The notes under the pieces were generated by a model, which was not told the origin of the DNA, made no database searches, and saw only the letters and a list, made by a program, of their open reading frames with translations. This document shows, piece after piece, positions 57,353-64,000 of a DNA stretch of 64,000 bases. Source of the stretch: the human T2T-CHM13v2.0 reference genome, Homo sapiens. The position numbers were made by a program, and so were the translations under genes. Where the stretch lies: NCBI RefSeq assembly GCF_009914755.1, contig NC_060927.1, one strand, 5' to 3'. Position 1 is the stretch's first letter. Each line of letters starts with the position of its first letter.

Positions 57353-58308
57353 TTAGTATTGCAAATTCCATCCAACTTACAGAGACTTGATAACAAGTCT
57401 GACTTAATTTTAAAGAAAATCCCATAATAAATTAAAATGCTACATGTGTTTACTTATTATTATTATTATTATAAAAGGTTCTTTGCATTACTGATAGTTT
57501 ACTTAAGTTTGTTTAATCATAATCTAATATCTTTGAAATACTTTCATTACTTAGTACATGGAATGCAGAGTTTCTGCAAATTCACCTGTGGATATTTTTA
57601 CAACAATATAGTAGAGAATCTCTGCAACATCTAAATGTTATTATTCTATTTCAAAGCACAAAACTCTTGAAACAAAACTAAAGTTACATTTTAAAATAAA
57701 TGTGAAACTTTAATGTTTATTTTTTGAGCAATAAAGTATGCTATTATGATTACTTTTCTCTCTGAGTATTAAGTCAAGAATGTGTCAGCATGTGTTTGTA
57801 ATCATGCTAATATAAAAAAACATGTTAATTACTTTATAAATATTTTGTAATTACTCATTTTGTATATAACCTATTACCTACAAATTTATAAAGGTAGATA
57901 TTTTATTACACTTAGGGAACATGGAGAAAATGAAAGTTTTCTGTGAAGAGTTATTCATCTCGATTTGTTGAAAATACTAATTTGAAAGGTATTTTATACT
58001 TTATGAGAACTTGAATTTCACCATCTGCTTTAGGGTCTGTTTCCTATGCTGTATTCTGTGGTTTATAATAATTAGAGAAGTATTTTAATAAGCAAAATTT
58101 TTCAGTAAGAAGAAAGCACATGTGCACACTGAAATTCTGTTTGAATATGTTTTGATTGTTAGATTATCTTATCAAGGCATGTGGGATGGAATGAAAAGAA
58201 AGGCAAAATTAAAACATACTTGAAGTTTCTTAGAAATATTTGAGGTTTGTTTGTAAGGCCCCTCATTTGACTATTTTATCATCATTGACCACAACTATTG
58301 AGTCATCT

Positions 58309-58376
58309 TGATATGTTTTGGCTGTTTTCCCACCCAAATCTCATCTTGAATTGTAACTCCCACAATTCCCACATGT
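58309..58376 (+). mobile_element. THE1 LTR 5' stub
   Basis: TGATATGTTTTGGCTGTTTTCCCACCCAAATCTCATCTTGAATTGTAACTCCCACAATTCCCACATGT. Confidence 0.85.
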
Positions 58377-58383
58377 CTCACAG

Positions 58384-58481
58384 TGGACTCACAGTTCTGT
58401 GTGGCTCAAGAGGCCTCAGGACACTTACAATTATGATGGAAGGTGGTGAGGGAGCAATGCACCTTCTTCATAAAGCAGCAG
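58384..58481 (-). mobile_element. THE1 (C/D-like) LTR internal fragment
   Basis: TGGACTCACAGTTC..GAGGCCTCAGGACACTTACAATTATGATGGAAGG..CACCTTCTTCA. Confidence 0.75.
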
Positions 58482-58898
58482 TGATGCAGGATTTTTTCTC
58501 CTTACTTAGTTCAGCTACATTCTGGGTTATTGTCTCACAGCCAGGAAAAATTAGTCATGTGGACAAATTGAAAGCTGAGGAGAGTGGAATTTATTAAAAG
58601 AAGGCTCACAGCACAAAAGAAGGAGGTCCTGCCAAAAGGATCCCACCTTACAGACTAAATACCAGACCATCACACATGAGCTGAAGATGCCAGGTTCTTA
58701 CCCCCTGCATAAAATGTGACTTCCTGGTGTCTCCACCCCATTCTCCCAGTGTGCACGTGGGCCCTTAGTCTGAGCCACTCCACATTGATTTATCTCCCTT
58801 AACACACATGAGACAGAATTTTTCACCTTGGGCATGTTTAGGCAAGCCCCCTGTGCACAAGGACCAGGGTGAGATTTGGCTATCTTCTAACTCTATCA
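58482..58898 (-). mobile_element. MER61-like ERV1 LTR
   Basis: TGATGCAGGATTTTTT..TTAGTTCAGCTA..TGTCTCACAGCCAGGAAAAATTAG..CTCTATCA; followed by TTCCCCTCA (a polypurine tract on the minus strand). Confidence 0.75.
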
Positions 58899-61399
58899 TT
58901 CCCCTCATTAAAGAAGTACATTTAACTCTCATTAGAATAAGTACATGGATAAAGATGAAGACAATCCTTAACAGCTTCTTGCTGATGGAGGGTGCTGTCT
59001 TGGGAAAATGGCAGTCAGAGCTCCTTCAGAAGCCTATCTAAGAGTCCCCAGAAAAAAGGGGCCATCACTGAAGGCTTTCTTGCATGGTTGTTTGGAGTTT
59101 GATGGCCTGAAGGCAAGAAGAGACAAACCAGGTTATTAGAAAACATGCATCAAAACAAAACGAGGGGTGGGGCATAAGAACAGCTCAAAAATCCTGAGGT
59201 CTTTTACCAGTGTGTACAGGAAGATGGAGGCCAAAAGCCTGACTTATACCCTTTTACCCTTTTGCTGGCATTTCAGGCTTCTGGGCTCTTTTCCCCCAAG
59301 CACAATTCTAAGCCAACAAGTTTAAGGTTGGAAAATTAACTTTTCCCAGTTTGAAGGATGAATCCGAGAGGAGTGTCCTGTAGTACAGAGACACAATTAC
59401 CTATTAGTAAAGAGAGGACAGAGGAGGAAAATGGGGGAAAAAAAACCCACAATTTTTTCAAGGAGTTCCAAGGGTTCAGGATGCATTTGAAAGGAGTACT
59501 GACTGAAGATAAATGTCTACTCATCTAGAATGAGGAGATTAGGCACCCTTGGTTCCTTTCTCTTCCTAGCAAATACCCAGGGTACATGAGGAAGAAAATA
59601 CTAAGTGTCTCTTTCTTTGTTCCATCCTTATATCCTCGAGTTCCAGAGTATTGTTTGCAAAATACAATTTATTCTTATACTTGGCCTGATTATTTGCATA
59701 AAGTGCAGCAAGAATAATTATTTTTACATATTTGTAAAAGATGTAAAATATTTTTGATTGACTTTGAGAGAACTCTGTTCCACAAGGAATCTCAGATAGG
59801 ACTGATCAGCAATATTTTCAGCAAAAGTTAATAAAAGTTTATTTTACCTTTTTATTACATTAGTTCATCTTATTCAGTTAACTCTTGTTTTGTTTGATAT
59901 TCATGAACATTTCAGCTCTTTATGAGATCTGTATATTTTTCCTTGATTCCAATGTCAAAATTTCCAAGGTTATCAGAAATCTGCATTTGAGAGTGCCTAT
60001 CAAAGTTCTATAGCTGATTAGAAACCATCTTTGAAGAGGGCCAAAACAAGACAACAATTATCTGTGAATAAAAAAATGTCCAGGGTAGTTACAGTTAAAA
60101 CACGATTGGCAAAAAAATTTGGTCATCTCTGTGGTTTACAATAACTTAACATAACAGCTTTATATGATTGATAGCATATACTCACACAATAGAATTTTAG
60201 AAATCCCATAGAATTTTGGGACTTGTATTAATATTCTTCCCTAAAGTATAAACTGAAGAAGATTAAACATTATTTTAGCAATCCCATGTACTTAAACACA
60301 TCTGGTAATCCTGTTTACCTCTCTTCTAGATGCTCCAGGGCCCCACTGCAGCATCAAAAGCTAGGGGTCAGGAAAGACGATTTTTGAAGCTGATGTTTGA
60401 TTTTTGGGAGCCTGTTAAATGTTAGACGTTTAAAACACTTGATGTTATGAAATAGAATTTCAGATTACCGTAAGTTATTTATTCTGCTGAAATGATGACT
60501 CAAAAACTTTTAAAAAGCAAAAACATCTTATAACCCTTTACAATTTTGCTAAAGAGCAGATTAATTTCTTAATAGAACCTTGTTATGCTTTTATTTCAAT
60601 GTTCAATTTATGTAAAACCATGTAATACTCTTTTGACTTTAGTCAATATGTTCATACAAGGAATTTCTTTGCAAGATTAATTTTTACAATCTTTCCACAA
60701 CATTTTAAAACTTTTAGCTTTATCTTATCTAATTCAAAACAATCTTTTATCCCAAGGCAAAAATCTATATTTTGACAACATCAGCATTTTACCAACAATC
60801 TTTAAGGCTATTTTTTTTTCAAAGATTAAAGTCATGTGCATTAAAATGTATCACAGCTTTTATCTTCCCTTTAAAACATATTTGATACAAGCGCTTGTAT
60901 TTCTTTAAGTCAATTAATTAGGGCTCTTTTTATAGACACTACACACAACATACATATAACTAGACAATTAGGAGTTCCAGCAGCTAAAAGATTTTTCATT
61001 TGCCAATCTCCTAATTAGGTTATTGGCCTCTGGGTGGAGCCCTGTAAGAGCAAATTTAGGAAAGCATGCTGTTTCCAGGGCCCAATCAACAGTTATAGCT
61101 GGAAGACAAAAACAGATTTTGAGAGGGATCCATCTGCCTCTAATTCCTGGGGGTCCATGAGGAAATCAGAAGTCTCTCCCAAAATTGAATCTGTGATACC
61201 TTTTCTGCTTTTTCTAAGGAGTCCCAGGCCATCAGAAAATATCTTAGGGCCTCTCCTGTGTGCATTAATAGTGGCAAGGCAAAATGAGAAAAAATAATTT
61301 AGTTGACTGAGAAAAAAAACAAAAACAAAAAACTTTTTCCAGCAAAACAAGATTCAAAAAGAAAAAAACATAATGGCTCTTTAAATATAATCTGGATAT
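58899..61399 (-). mobile_element. MER4-group/MER61-type ERV1 internal sequence, truncated
   Basis: Adjoins the LTR through a PPT; MER4-group internal motifs (CTTGGCCTGATTATTTGCATAAAGTGCAGCAAGAAT; TTAGAAATCCCATAGAATTTTGG; GGAGTCCCAGGCCATCAGAA). Confidence 0.75.
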
Positions 61400-61440
61400 T
61401 GATATGGTTTTGTTGTGCCCCCACCCAAATCTCACCTTGA
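61400..61440 (+). mobile_element. THE1 LTR 5' stub
   Basis: TGATATGGTTTTGTTGTGCCCCCACCCAAATCTCACCTTGA. Confidence 0.75.

Positions 61441-64000
<2,560 letters not shown>

Overview
AT-rich, CpG-poor primate DNA, very probably human (AluS/AluY, L1PA, THE1, LTR12, MLT2A). It reads as intergenic or deep intronic sequence. I find no supportable protein-coding exon, tRNA, full-length rRNA gene, CpG island or CRISPR array. The long ORFs in the track are Alu, L1 or ERV remnants, or chance AT-rich ORFs. The window is a layered archive of transposons: old L2, MIR, L1M, hAT and Tigger relics, eight Alu dimers plus one monomer, and a dense LTR/ERV cluster at about 43.7-61.4 kb. Three structures stand out. 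(i) A 39-nt 5S rRNA fragment is fused in inverted orientation to the 5' end of a truncated L1PA via a 4-nt microhomology, inside one degenerate TSD; this suggests twin priming on two different RNAs. (ii) An MLT2A (HERV-L) LTR is split at its (TA)n tract by about 1 kb of its own gag. (iii) A THE1/MER61/L1 mosaic has junctions carrying templated-insertion and microhomology scars. I do not see convincing evidence of a new multi-gene system. Repeat subfamily names come from recalled consensus features and need RepeatMasker/Dfam confirmation; boundaries of old repeats are approximate.
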